Shown here: positions 33,757 through 42,821 of the stretch, one piece after another
Layout of the letters: every line of letters begins with the position of its first letter
How positions within the stretch are numbered: position 1 is the stretch's first letter
From: Gaiellales bacterium
GTDB lineage: Bacteria > Actinomycetota > Thermoleophilia > Gaiellales > Gaiellaceae
Direction: 5' to 3'
Length of the DNA stretch: 64,000 nt
NCBI GenBank assembly: GCA_038236705.1
Contig: JBBRZN010000007.1
Location: 8,741-72,740, forward strand
The notes under the pieces: model-generated
Databases searched by the model: none
Told to the model about the DNA's origin: nothing
What the model saw: only the letters and a program-made list of their open reading frames with translations
Position numbers and translations under genes: made by a program

Positions 33757-35490
33757 TCAGGCGACGGGCGCCGAGGTGTCGTCCGTATAGATCTTCTCGC
33801 CGCGGTGGAGGCGACGCGCGATCTCGTACGTCTGCCGCTGCGCGCGGGCGGTCGGCGCATGCGCGGCGAGGTAGCGCGCGGCGGCGATGAGCGGCAGGCC
33901 GGCCTCGTCGCTGCCGCGCAGTAGCTCGTGCTGGCGAACCGCGGCCTCGACGCACTGGATCGTGTGGAAGTTGCGGTCCTCGCGCAGCAGGCAGGCGCCG
34001 AGCGCCGCGATCAGGGCGTCGGGATCCCCTGCGGCGAGGTAGGAGGCGACGAGCTGCCCGGCCTCCTCGACGTGCTGCTGGCCGTCGAGCAAACCCGGAA
34101 GATCCGAGAGCAGCACCTCCTCTCGCGGCTGAGGCAGGCGCGTTGCGGGCACGTTGAGGAAACGGTCGAGGTGAACGCTCATCGCGGCGTCGAGCACACC
34201 CCGCAGCAGCTCCGGCGACGGCGAGCGCCGCAGGCCCTGCTCCACCGCGTTGGCGAAAGTGAACGTGTGGAGCGCCGTATCCCAGTCGCCGAACTCGTTG
34301 CTCGTCGGGAAGCGGGCGATGCGGGTCGCAGCCGCGAAGGAGACTGCCGAGGCCAGCTCGACCTCGCTCGCCCCGGCTCGCAGCGCCGCGAGCAGCGCGT
34401 CGATGCTCTCCTCCGCCTCGCCGTTGAGGACGACCTCGACCAGGGAACTGCGGTCGCTCCAGGCGCCTTCCCCGGCGCGCGCCGCGGGCAACTGCCCGAA
34501 CGCGTTCTCGAGCAGCGCGACGAGGTCGACCGGGTTGCGCCAGGCGTTTGCCTCCTCCATCCGCTCGGCGAACGCGAGCTGCGCCGGCAGCGAGGCAAGC
34601 ACCGCCTCGGCGCGATCCCAGCCCGCGGTGTCGAGCGCCTCCAGCGCCTTGTTGACGAAATCGAGCGTGTGACCGCCGTCTAGGTAGCGGTGGTCGGTCG
34701 CGGCTGCGAAGAGCATGTCGGCGAGCTCCTGCGGTGAGGCGCCGGAGCGAACCGCCGAGACCAGCGCCCGCTCCGCGCCGTCGGCGTCGCGCACCTCGAT
34801 GAAGTTTCTGAACCAGCGGCCCAGCCGTCCAGGATCCACGTCGCCCGGAAGCGGATCGAGCGGAAATCGCGGCGGCTCCAGCGCGGAGTCGGAAGCGACA
34901 TCCGCCAGGCCGTGGTAGAGGGCGGCAGCGCGCTCATCGCGCTCCAGCCGCGGCACGAGGTTCATCAGGCACGTCAGCGTCGTCAGCCCTCGGAACCAGC
35001 CGCCGCCACGCCGCAGGGTGCCGAACTCGAGCCCGGCGCGAAAGGCGTCGGCGCCGCTACGGTCGGCGTCGGCCAGCGCGATCGCCGCCTTCGCGAGGAC
35101 GAGCGGAATGTTCCGCCGGAGCCCGTCGTGGAGGCGCTGCCGCTGGTGCGCGAGCGGGTCGGCCGGCGGCGTCAGATCGACGTAGACGTCGTCGCCGTCG
35201 ACCTCCACCGGGAACCGGCGCAGGTCGTCCGCCCACTCGTCGAACGTGCCGCCAGTGCAGAGATCGAAGCGCGCGTGGTGCCAGTGGCAGGTGAGGATCC
35301 CGTCGCCCACCGACCCGCGGTGGAGCGGGAAGCCCATGTGCGGGCAGCGGTTGTCGACGGCGTAGACCTCGCCGCCGTCCACGAGCAGGCAGATCGTGTG
35401 GCCGTCGAGGTGAACGACGAGGCGACCTGCGCTCCGAAGCTCCTCGAGCGAGGCGGCGCGCTTGCGCGCTGCGGTCTCCACGACGGCCAT
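33757..35490 (-). CDS. Rieske [2Fe-2S] domain protein with long helical C-terminal domain
   Basis: The Rieske pair is CPHMGFPLH...CHWHHARF. 577 aa, divergent from soxR. Confidence 0.8.
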   Translation of the reverse strand: MAVVETAARKRAASLEELRSAGRLVVHLDGHTICLLVDGGEVYAVDNRCPHMGFPLHRGSVGDGILTCHWHHARFDLCTGGTFDEWADDLRRFPVEVDGDDVYVDLTPPADPLAHQRQRLHDGLRRNIPLVLAKAAIALADADRSGADAFRAGLEFGTLRRGGGWFRGLTTLTCLMNLVPRLERDERAAALYHGLADVASDSALEPPRFPLDPLPGDVDPGRLGRWFRNFIEVRDADGAERALVSAVRSGASPQELADMLFAAATDHRYLDGGHTLDFVNKALEALDTAGWDRAEAVLASLPAQLAFAERMEEANAWRNPVDLVALLENAFGQLPAARAGEGAWSDRSSLVEVVLNGEAEESIDALLAALRAGASEVELASAVSFAAATRIARFPTSNEFGDWDTALHTFTFANAVEQGLRRSPSPELLRGVLDAAMSVHLDRFLNVPATRLPQPREEVLLSDLPGLLDGQQHVEEAGQLVASYLAAGDPDALIAALGACLLREDRNFHTIQCVEAAVRQHELLRGSDEAGLPLIAAARYLAAHAPTARAQRQTYEIARRLHRGEKIYTDDTSAPVA

Positions 35491-35494
35491 CGAA

Positions 35495-35522
35495 CAAGAC
35501 CCTAAAACCTCAACTATGGTTT
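35495..35522. promoter_or_regulatory. candidate SoxR box (degenerate) in the 39-bp Rieske/soxR intergenic region
   Basis: In AAAACCTCAACTATGGTTTAAGT, the left half ACCTCAACT equals the left half of known SoxR operators (ACCTCAA-N-TTGAGGT type). The right half GTTTAAGT matches only 5-6 of 8. Confidence 0.35.
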
Positions 35523-35529
35523 AAGTCAA

Positions 35530-35964
35530 GTGGCGACCAACCTGTCGATCGGTGAGGTCGCGGCGCGCAGCGGCGTCGCGCCCTCGGCCCTGCGTTTCTA
35601 CGAGCGCGAGGGCCTGATCGGCTCCGAGCGCACGCCGGGCAATCAGCGCCGCTACGAGCGAGCCGTCCTCCGCCGCCTCGCCTTCATCCAGGCCGGACGC
35701 GCCGCAGGCGTGCCCCTCGAGCGCATCCGCACCGCGCTCTCGGCGCTTCCCTCGAACCGCACTCCCACGCGCCGCGACTGGGAGCGGCTCTCGAAACGCT
35801 GGCGCGAAGATCTCGAGACGCGCATCGCGACGCTGCAAGCGCTCCGCGACCGCCTCAACACCTGCATCGGTTGCGGCTGCCTCTCCATCGACAAGTGCGA
35901 CCTCCTGAACCCCGAGGACGAGGCGGCCACCGAGGGTGCGGGCGCGCAATACCTCTTGGGCTGA
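35530..35964 (+). CDS. soxR: redox-sensitive transcriptional activator SoxR (MerR family)
   Basis: MerR HTH (LSIGEVAARSGVAPSALRFYEREGLI) and the diagnostic [2Fe-2S] motif CIGCGCLSIDKC. Confidence 0.88.
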   Translation: MATNLSIGEVAARSGVAPSALRFYEREGLIGSERTPGNQRRYERAVLRRLAFIQAGRAAGVPLERIRTALSALPSNRTPTRRDWERLSKRWREDLETRIATLQALRDRLNTCIGCGCLSIDKCDLLNPEDEAATEGAGAQYLLG

Positions 35965-35999
35965 GGCCTCTAAAGAAAAACGCGCCACACTGGGTCGTT

Positions 36000-36488
36000 G
36001 TGGTGGTGGAAGAAGGCGAGATCGAGCGCATCTACCGCGACCGCTATAGCGCGTTCCTACGCGTAGCCGTCGCGATCGTACGCGATGAGCAACTCGGGGA
36101 GGAAGCCGTCCACGACGCTTTCGTACGGGCGCTGCGGCACAGGCGTGGCTTCAGCGGCCGAGGCTCCGTCCAGGGCTGGCTCTTCAGGATCGTCGTGAAC
36201 GAAGCTCGGCGCCGGCACGCAGCCGAGCGGCGGCCGGCGCCGAGGCTCCGCACCATCACCCACGAGCAAGACGCGTCTCCGAACGGGCACCGCAAGCACG
36301 GGGCGCTCGAAGCGCTCGTGGCGGCACTGCCGGAGCGGCAGCGACTCGCTCTCTTCCTTCGGTACTACGCCGACCTCGATTACGAGGCGATCGCGGTTGT
36401 CCTCGGCGTCAAGCCGGGGACGGTGGCGGCGACACTCCATGCCGCCCACTCCGCCCTTCGCCGCGACCTGCTGGAGGTGGAACGATGA
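36000..36488 (+). CDS. ECF-type RNA polymerase sigma factor (sigma-70 family)
   Basis: Region 2 reads VHDAFVRALRHRRGFSGRGSVQGWLFRIVVNEARR. Region 4 reads LPERQRLALFLRYYADLDYEAIAVVLGVKPGTVAATLHAAHSALR. GTG starts are available at 36000, 36003 and 36006. Confidence 0.8.
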   Translation: MVVEEGEIERIYRDRYSAFLRVAVAIVRDEQLGEEAVHDAFVRALRHRRGFSGRGSVQGWLFRIVVNEARRRHAAERRPAPRLRTITHEQDASPNGHRKHGALEALVAALPERQRLALFLRYYADLDYEAIAVVLGVKPGTVAATLHAAHSALRRDLLEVER

Positions 36489-37831
36489 CTGAGAACCGCA
36501 TTGCTGAGCTGCTCGAGGAGCTGACACCGAGCTACGACGACCGCCGAGGAAGCTGGGAGCGCGTCGAAGCGTCGGCCGCCGGGCAGGCGCGCCGACGCTT
36601 CGCGCCCTTCGGGCTGGTTGCCGTAGCGGTGGCAGCCGCCGCCCTTCTGGTTCTTGCGTGGCCCTTCCACGCGCAGCAGGCCTCTCTCCTCGATCGCGCC
36701 CGAGCGGCGATCGGCGACGGGCCTGTGCTCCACGTCGTCCTTCGCGGCGAATGGGGCGGCACGCTCGTCGACCTCGGCACCGGCGAGCGCAGCGCCGTCA
36801 ACGGTGACGACGAGTACTGGTACGACACCCGGGACGGACGGGTTCATTCGGTGGAGCGCCTCGGAGACGCGGTCCTGAACGAACAGGTCTCCCGTCCTGC
36901 GCAGCTGTCGACAGAGCTCGAAGCGCTCGGACGCGACTACAAGCACGCGCTCGAAACCGGCACTGCACACGTCAGCGGCGAGGGGATAGTCGACGGCGAG
37001 CCAGTCGCCTGGGTGACGATCCACAGCGAACTGCTCCCGGACGTCGCGGACGGCAAGGATCACGAGGTGGCCCAGCAGGTCGCCGTGTCAAAACGGACCT
37101 TCGAGCCCTTGGCGCTGCGGGCGACCCGGGACGGCAAGCAAGGGCCGGACACCTTTCAGCGCGTCCTCGGCCTCGAGTTCTTGCCGGACGGCGCCGGCGA
37201 CTTCACCGCCTCGCCCGCGCTCTCTCTGGATGGGCAGGGGTTCATGCAGGGCCGCGAGCCGATGCCGCTCGACCAGGCGCACGAGACGCTCGGGCGAACG
37301 CCTCTCTGGCTCGGGCGCGAGTACGGCGGATTGCCCCTTGCCGCAGTCGACCGCGTGACGACCAGGATCGGCCGTCACCAGGAAGTCCGGATCACCGGTC
37401 GAAAGGTAAGTGCCGCGAAGCGGTGCGCGAAGCTCCGCGGGGCGGCAGGAGGCGACTGCTTCCGCGCACTGGACCGTTCCCCGATCGAGGTGCGCCCCGA
37501 TGGGGTCTTCACGACGAAAGGCCCGATGGTGTTTAGCGATGCGCAGACCGACGTCGTCCTCTTCTACGGCACCCTCGGCGACGACCCGACCACCTACCGC
37601 CGGGATTCGATCCCGCTGCTCGACCAGCCGCACGTCACCGTCACCGAGTCGGCACAGGCCTCGCCGTTCCGGCCCATCGTCGGCAGCTACGTCCCGCCGG
37701 CCGGATCCGTCTTCCTCGCCGCCAACGGGTCCGGCTACCTGCAGGTCGACGGTGTCAACGTCACGATCGAAGCCAAGGGCGAAGAGGCGATCCTCGCCGC
37801 CACCCGCGCCCTCGCGCCGATGCCGGACTAG
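36485..37831 (+). CDS. putative anti-sigma factor / single-pass membrane protein
   Basis: ATGA overlap with the sigma gene. A short cytoplasmic N-terminus is followed by one TM (FGLVAVAVAAAALLVLAW) and a large extracytoplasmic domain. Confidence 0.5.
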   Translation: MTENRIAELLEELTPSYDDRRGSWERVEASAAGQARRRFAPFGLVAVAVAAAALLVLAWPFHAQQASLLDRARAAIGDGPVLHVVLRGEWGGTLVDLGTGERSAVNGDDEYWYDTRDGRVHSVERLGDAVLNEQVSRPAQLSTELEALGRDYKHALETGTAHVSGEGIVDGEPVAWVTIHSELLPDVADGKDHEVAQQVAVSKRTFEPLALRATRDGKQGPDTFQRVLGLEFLPDGAGDFTASPALSLDGQGFMQGREPMPLDQAHETLGRTPLWLGREYGGLPLAAVDRVTTRIGRHQEVRITGRKVSAAKRCAKLRGAAGGDCFRALDRSPIEVRPDGVFTTKGPMVFSDAQTDVVLFYGTLGDDPTTYRRDSIPLLDQPHVTVTESAQASPFRPIVGSYVPPAGSVFLAANGSGYLQVDGVNVTIEAKGEEAILAATRALAPMPD

Positions 37832-37886
37832 CCGCCGTGCATGGGCGGCGCTTGACACGAGCGTGCCTCCGCGAGACGGTCGTTGT

Positions 37887-38702
37887 GTGATCGATCCGTC
37901 CTCCGCTGTCGTCGGTCTCTGGCGCTATCCCGTGAAGTCGATGCTGGGCGAGGAACTGAACGCGACCGAGGTCACCGAGCGCGGGCTCGTCGGCGACCGG
38001 CAGTTCGCAGTGGTCGACCGGGAGACCGGCAAGATCGCGGGCGCGAAGAACCCACGCAAGTGGGGAAACTTCTTCGACTTTCGAGCCGCCTACGCCGAGC
38101 CGCCACGCGCGGGCTCGGCGCTGCCGGAGGTCCGCCTGACGCTCCCCGACGGCTCGCACGCGACCAGCGAGCAGCCCGACCTCGAGCAGACGCTCTCGCA
38201 AGCGTTGGGCCGCGAGGTCGCCTTTGCGCGAATCGAGTCCGGCCGAGGCGACAAGGGTGAGGCGCACTGGCCCGACATGGACGAGCTCGAGTTCCGCGAT
38301 ACGGTCACGGACTTCAAGTTGCGGGAGGGCACGTTCTTCGATGCCGCCGTGGTGCACCTGCTCACCACGGGCACGATCGAGCGTCTGCGGGAACTGCACC
38401 CCGAAGGGCGCTACGAGGCGAGGAGGTTCCGGCCGAACATCGTGGTCTCGACGCCGGAGCGGCGCTTCTTCGAGAACGGTTGGATCGGGCAGACCGTGGC
38501 GATCGGCGACGACGTGCGCCTGGAGATCACCGCCCCCTGCGGCAGATGCGTGATGACGACTCTCGCCCAGGGCGACCTGCCGAAGGATCCGGGGATCCTG
38601 CGCACCGCCGCGCAGAACAACGACGCCAACGTAGGTGTCTACGCCGCGGTCGCCGTCGGTGGCACGATCCGGCGCGGCGACTCGGTGCGCGTCGCCTCAT
38701 AG
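37887..38702 (+). CDS. MOSC domain-containing protein (MOSC_N beta-barrel + MOSC)
   Basis: GLWRYPVKSMLGEEL, FRPNIVV and APCGRCVMTT (conserved Cys). GTG at 37887. Confidence 0.85.
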   Translation: MIDPSSAVVGLWRYPVKSMLGEELNATEVTERGLVGDRQFAVVDRETGKIAGAKNPRKWGNFFDFRAAYAEPPRAGSALPEVRLTLPDGSHATSEQPDLEQTLSQALGREVAFARIESGRGDKGEAHWPDMDELEFRDTVTDFKLREGTFFDAAVVHLLTTGTIERLRELHPEGRYEARRFRPNIVVSTPERRFFENGWIGQTVAIGDDVRLEITAPCGRCVMTTLAQGDLPKDPGILRTAAQNNDANVGVYAAVAVGGTIRRGDSVRVAS

Positions 38703-38852
38703 ACACGCTCAGGTGCGAGACCCGGCCGGTGCGCGCTCGGCCGAGGATCCGTCCGAGCCCCTCTCTACATTGGGCGGTCCGCTCGACCCCGCGCAGGCGC
38801 GCTGGCACGGGTCGGAGCAACTACCATTAGACGAAGCACGGGAGGGAAGAAA

Positions 38853-41618
38853 ATGGCGTCAGCAAAGGAAATCGCGACCGTCGAGCTCAACGAGGAGCAG
38901 CTCGGAAATGTGGTCGCCAACGACACCGCCGGTCTCGGCGTGCGCCGGTTCTTCACCATCCCGGACCGCGACCCCTTCGAGGAGATCGACTGGGAGACGC
39001 GCGACGCCCTGATCCCCGGCAAGGACAGTCCCGTCTTCGAGCAGAAGAACGTCGAGTTCCCCAAGTTCTGGAGCCAGACCGCCACCAACATCGTCGCGCA
39101 GAAGTACTTCCGCGGCCGCATGTCCTCGCCCGAGCGCGAGATGAGCGTCAAGCAGATGATCGGCCGCGTCGTCTCGACGATCGGCACCTGGGGACGCGAG
39201 GGCAACTACTTCGCCGACGAGGAAGAGGCCGAGACCTTCGAGGCCGAGCTCAAGGCGATCCTGGTCAACCAGTACGCCGCCTTCAACTCGCCGGTCTGGT
39301 TCAACGTCGGCTTCGAGGAGCGCCCTCAGTGCTCTGCGTGTTTCATCCTCTCGATCGAGGACTCGATGGACTCGATCCTCGACTGGATCCGCCGCGAGGG
39401 CGTCATCTTCCGCGGCGGCTCGGGCTCCGGGGTCAACCTCTCGCGCCTGCGCTCCTCCAAGGAGCAGCTCTCCAAGGGCGGCTACGCCTCCGGCCCGGTC
39501 AGCTTCATGCGCGGCGCCGACGCCAGCGCCGGCACGATCAAGTCCGGCGGCAAGACGCGGCGCGCGGCCAAGATGGTCGTCCTCGACGTCGACCACCCGG
39601 ACATCGAGGAGTTCATCTGGTGCAAGGCCAAGGAGGAGGAGAAGGCACGCGTCCTCGAGCAGGCCGGCTACGACATGTCGCTCGACTCGGGCGACTGGGC
39701 CTCGATCCAGTACCAGAACGCCAACAACTCGGTCCGCGTCACCGACGGCTTCATGGACGCGGCCGCGGAGGACGGCGACTGGAACCTGACCGCCCGCACC
39801 GACGGCGCCGTCGTGGACACGGTCAAGGCGCGCGAGCTGCTGCGCCAGATCGCCGAGGCCTCCTGGCGCTCCGCCGATCCGGGCGTCCAGTACGACACGA
39901 CGATCAACAAGTGGCACACCCTCCCGAACACGGGCCGCATCAACGCGTCCAACCCGTGCTCGGAGTACATGTCGATCGACGACTCCGCCTGCAACCTCGC
40001 CTCGCTGAACCTGCTCAAGTTCCGCCGCGAGGACGGTGAGCTCGACGTCGAGGCCTTCGAGCACGCGGTGGACGTCGTCTTCCTCGCGCAGGAGATCGCC
40101 GTCGGCTACTCGTCGTACCCGACGCCAGAGATCGAGAAGAACGCCAAGGCGTACCGGCAGCTCGGCCTGGGCTACGCGAACCTCGGCGCGCTGCTGATGG
40201 CGCGCGGGCTCCCGTACGACTCGGACGAGGGCCGCGCCTATGCAGCCGCGATCACGGCGCTGATGACCGGCCGCGCCTACCGCAAGTCGGCCGAGATCGC
40301 CGCGCGGATGGGCCCGTTCGCCGGCTACCAGCCGAACGCCGGTGCGATGATCGGCGTGATGTCGATGCACCGCGCGGCGGTGGGCAACATCGAGAACACC
40401 GACGTCGTGCCGAAGGACCTGCTCTCGGCATCCCGCAAGGCCTGGGACGACGCGCTCAACTTGGGCGAACTGCACGGCTACCGCAACGCGCAAGCCAGTG
40501 TTTTGGCCCCGACTGGGACCATATCTTTCATGATGGATTGCGACACCACCGGCGTCGAGCCCGACTTCTCGCTCGTCAAGTCGAAGAAGCTCGTCGGCGG
40601 CGGCGAGATCACGATCGTCAACCGCACTGTGCCGATGGCGCTCGACAAGCTCGGCTACGCGCCCACCGAGATCGAAGAGGTGGTCGCGTTCATCGACGAG
40701 CGCAACACCATCGTCGGCGCGCCCTACGTGAAGACCGAGCACTACCCGGTCTTCGACTGCGCGATCGGCGACCGCGCGATCCACTACACGGGCCACGTGA
40801 AGATGATGGGCGCGACGCAGCCCTTCATCTCGGGCGCCATCTCGAAGACGGTCAACCTGCCCGAGACGGTCTCGGTGGACGAGGTCTCCGGCCTCCTGCT
40901 CCAGTCGTGGAAGCTCGGCGTGAAGGCGATCGCGATCTACCGCGACAACTGCAAGGTCGCGCAGCCGCTGTCGGGCAAGAGCGACCAGCTCGAGGTTGCA
41001 GCAGTGCCGCCGGTCCCGCTGACCCAGCGCCGCCGGCTACCCGAGGATCGTGTCGAGGTCGGCCGCAAGTTCCGCGTCGGCGACTACGAGGGCTACATCC
41101 ACGTCGGCCTCTACGAGGACGGCACCCCCGGCGACATCTTCGTGGACATCGCCAAGGAGGGCACGACGCTGGCGGGCCTGATGAACTCGTTCATGATCTC
41201 GGTCTCGCTGGGCCTGCAGTACGGCGTGCCGCTCGAGGTCTACGTCTCGAAGTTCGCCCACATGCGCTTCGAGCCGAGCGGGATCACGAACGACACCGAC
41301 ATCCGAGTCGCGAAGTCGATCGTCGACTACATCTTCCGCTGGATGGGCAAGAAGTTCCTGACCACCGACCAGCAGGAGGAGGTCGGGATCCTCTCGCCCG
41401 AGGTGCGGGCCCGGCTCGCACAGTCGTACGCAGCGCTGGAGGGAGCCACTGGTAATTCACCAGTGGCCGACCCCGCCGAGATGGCCCCGCCAGGCCAGAC
41501 CGCCCTTTTCAACAACTGGGAAGACGCGGTCGAGTGCGCCAAGTGCGGCGGGCGGATGGTTCGGACGGGCAGCTGCTACACGTGCAGGGACTGCGGGACC
41601 AACACCGGTTGCTCGTAG
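38853..41618 (+). CDS. nrdJ: adenosylcobalamin-dependent ribonucleoside reductase, class II
   Basis: 921 aa. The N-terminus FFTIPDRDPFEEIDWETRDA, the catalytic region NPCSEY, and the C-terminal CxxC...CxxC ribbon (CAKCGGRMVRTGSCYTCRDCG). SD GGGAGGGAAG. Confidence 0.92.
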   Translation: MASAKEIATVELNEEQLGNVVANDTAGLGVRRFFTIPDRDPFEEIDWETRDALIPGKDSPVFEQKNVEFPKFWSQTATNIVAQKYFRGRMSSPEREMSVKQMIGRVVSTIGTWGREGNYFADEEEAETFEAELKAILVNQYAAFNSPVWFNVGFEERPQCSACFILSIEDSMDSILDWIRREGVIFRGGSGSGVNLSRLRSSKEQLSKGGYASGPVSFMRGADASAGTIKSGGKTRRAAKMVVLDVDHPDIEEFIWCKAKEEEKARVLEQAGYDMSLDSGDWASIQYQNANNSVRVTDGFMDAAAEDGDWNLTARTDGAVVDTVKARELLRQIAEASWRSADPGVQYDTTINKWHTLPNTGRINASNPCSEYMSIDDSACNLASLNLLKFRREDGELDVEAFEHAVDVVFLAQEIAVGYSSYPTPEIEKNAKAYRQLGLGYANLGALLMARGLPYDSDEGRAYAAAITALMTGRAYRKSAEIAARMGPFAGYQPNAGAMIGVMSMHRAAVGNIENTDVVPKDLLSASRKAWDDALNLGELHGYRNAQASVLAPTGTISFMMDCDTTGVEPDFSLVKSKKLVGGGEITIVNRTVPMALDKLGYAPTEIEEVVAFIDERNTIVGAPYVKTEHYPVFDCAIGDRAIHYTGHVKMMGATQPFISGAISKTVNLPETVSVDEVSGLLLQSWKLGVKAIAIYRDNCKVAQPLSGKSDQLEVAAVPPVPLTQRRRLPEDRVEVGRKFRVGDYEGYIHVGLYEDGTPGDIFVDIAKEGTTLAGLMNSFMISVSLGLQYGVPLEVYVSKFAHMRFEPSGITNDTDIRVAKSIVDYIFRWMGKKFLTTDQQEEVGILSPEVRARLAQSYAALEGATGNSPVADPAEMAPPGQTALFNNWEDAVECAKCGGRMVRTGSCYTCRDCGTNTGCS

Positions 41619-41724
41619 CTGGCTGCCACACGGTCACTCAACGAAAATCTACGACGCATTCCGGAAGGCTCAAGTCGGCAAGCACACATAGTCGTCGCCC
41701 GGGGTAAGCAAAGAGACGAAGGCA

Positions 41725-41991
41725 TCAAGGTGACGAACGATCTGCTAGATCGCGGAGCATCTGCCCGCAAGCGTCCCTGATATCTGACTTCAGACCGGCG
41801 ACCATCTCATCGACCTCAATACTTTCGATGTGAGGAGCCGTCCGCTGATCGATTTGCAGCTGACGTGTTGCGGTCGATTCCATGTTGCCCGATGCCACAT
41901 AGCCTGTGCACCAAAATTCACCTTGGAAATCAACGTCAGTGCCGAGACCAACAGATTTTCGTTGGCGAATACGGCTCGCCAAACTCCGCAA
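41725..41991 (-). CDS. hypothetical ORF in low-GC islet (weak)
   Basis: Track ORF only, with no recognisable family. GC is about 50-55% against about 70% in the flanks. Confidence 0.2.
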   Translation of the reverse strand: MRSLASRIRQRKSVGLGTDVDFQGEFWCTGYVASGNMESTATRQLQIDQRTAPHIESIEVDEMVAGLKSDIRDACGQMLRDLADRSSP

Positions 41992-42030
41992 CTACCCAAA
42001 TCTGCTCATTCGCCAACTCAGGTTGGGAGC

Positions 42031-42243
42031 CTATTTCGCAACTTGAATCACCTCCGCCTCTTCCACGTCCAGGCCACGCCGATAGAGACCTTCAAGAAGG
42101 CGCACGAGCTCAACGCCCCGACCCTCGAGCGCGGGGGTGAGCATCGACGGAGGAATGTAGGACGGGACGTATGCTGCTTCTGCCTCGCTTGCAGCGAAGA
42201 CGTCGAGCCGCTCACGGAGCGACTGTTCTAGTTTCAATGGCAC
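42031..42243 (-). CDS. hypothetical 70-aa ORF in low-GC islet (weak)
   Basis: MPLKLEQSLRERLDVFAASEAEAAYVPS... begins at an ATG and has ordinary amino-acid composition. No family recognised. Confidence 0.3.
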   Translation of the reverse strand: MPLKLEQSLRERLDVFAASEAEAAYVPSYIPPSMLTPALEGRGVELVRLLEGLYRRGLDVEEAEVIQVAK

Positions 42244-42285
42244 TTGTCAGAGCACCTCCGATGGTCGTTGACAGTCGGTCGCGCT

Positions 42286-42572
42286 CTCGCCTGACGCGCA
42301 TCGCGTTCGGGGGTCTCGGCCACGTTCCGCGAGCAGGGGAAGCTGATCGAGACTCGGCTCTGGACGGGTGATGTCGACGGCGAGCTCCGACCGGGCGAGG
42401 CGGGCACGCTGCCGCGCTTCTCGCCGGACGGGTCGCGCCTCGCCTTCGCGTCCGACCGGGGGCACCAGGGACGCCGGTCGCTCTGGGTGGACGACCGCGA
42501 GCTCGGCGAGGTCGCGGGCTCCGTCGAGGACATCCACTGGTCGCCCGACGGCACGCGCCTGCTCGGGCTCAA
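42286..42572 (+). pseudogene. duplicated fragment of the S9 peptidase gene (equivalent to 43808-44098)
   Basis: Nucleotide alignment by eye is above 90% identical. The fragment has a 5-nt deletion (cctgac[ggagc]gcgc) and a 1-nt insertion (gttcggggg vs gttcgggg). It lacks both a start and the catalytic half. Confidence 0.8.
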
Positions 42573-42589
42573 CGGTGTCAGACACCGTT
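42571..42589. repeat. palindromic element AACGGTGTC-A-GACACCGTT (copy iii)
   Basis: Perfect 9-bp arms. It sits exactly where homology to the peptidase gene stops, 10 nt before the small ORF. Confidence 0.7.
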
Positions 42590-42599
42590 CTCAGGACTG

Positions 42600-42767
42600 A
42601 TGGGCAAGAAGAAGCGGCAGACATTCGGGAAGCACGCCCGCGAACGCGCAATCGAGGAGAAGCGCAGGCTCAAGCGCGAGCGGAAGCAGGCGGCCGCAGC
42701 CGAGCGCCTCGCTGCCCCTGACCGCGAGCAGACGGACACGATCGTCCCGCTGGCTGAACGCGATTAG
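42600..42767 (+). CDS. 55-aa Lys/Arg-rich small protein (paralogue 1), not in ORF track
   Basis: MGKKKRQTFGKHARERAIEEKRRLKRERKQAAAAERLAAPDREQTDTIVPLAERD. A paralogue lies at 45834-46001, and differences between the two are mostly synonymous in the first 36 codons. Confidence 0.65.
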   Translation: MGKKKRQTFGKHARERAIEEKRRLKRERKQAAAAERLAAPDREQTDTIVPLAERD

Positions 42768-42821
42768 CCGGGGCGGGGCGGAGGCGGTTTCGTCGGCCGA
42801 CGCGGTAGCTGCTTAGAGCCG

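Noticed and set aside
38703-38852. NrdR boxes or a cobalamin riboswitch upstream of nrdJ.
   Set aside because: There is no 16-bp ACACWATATATWGTGT-like palindrome. GAGACCCGGCC is only a weak resemblance to a B12 box and is not accompanied by the rest of the riboswitch.
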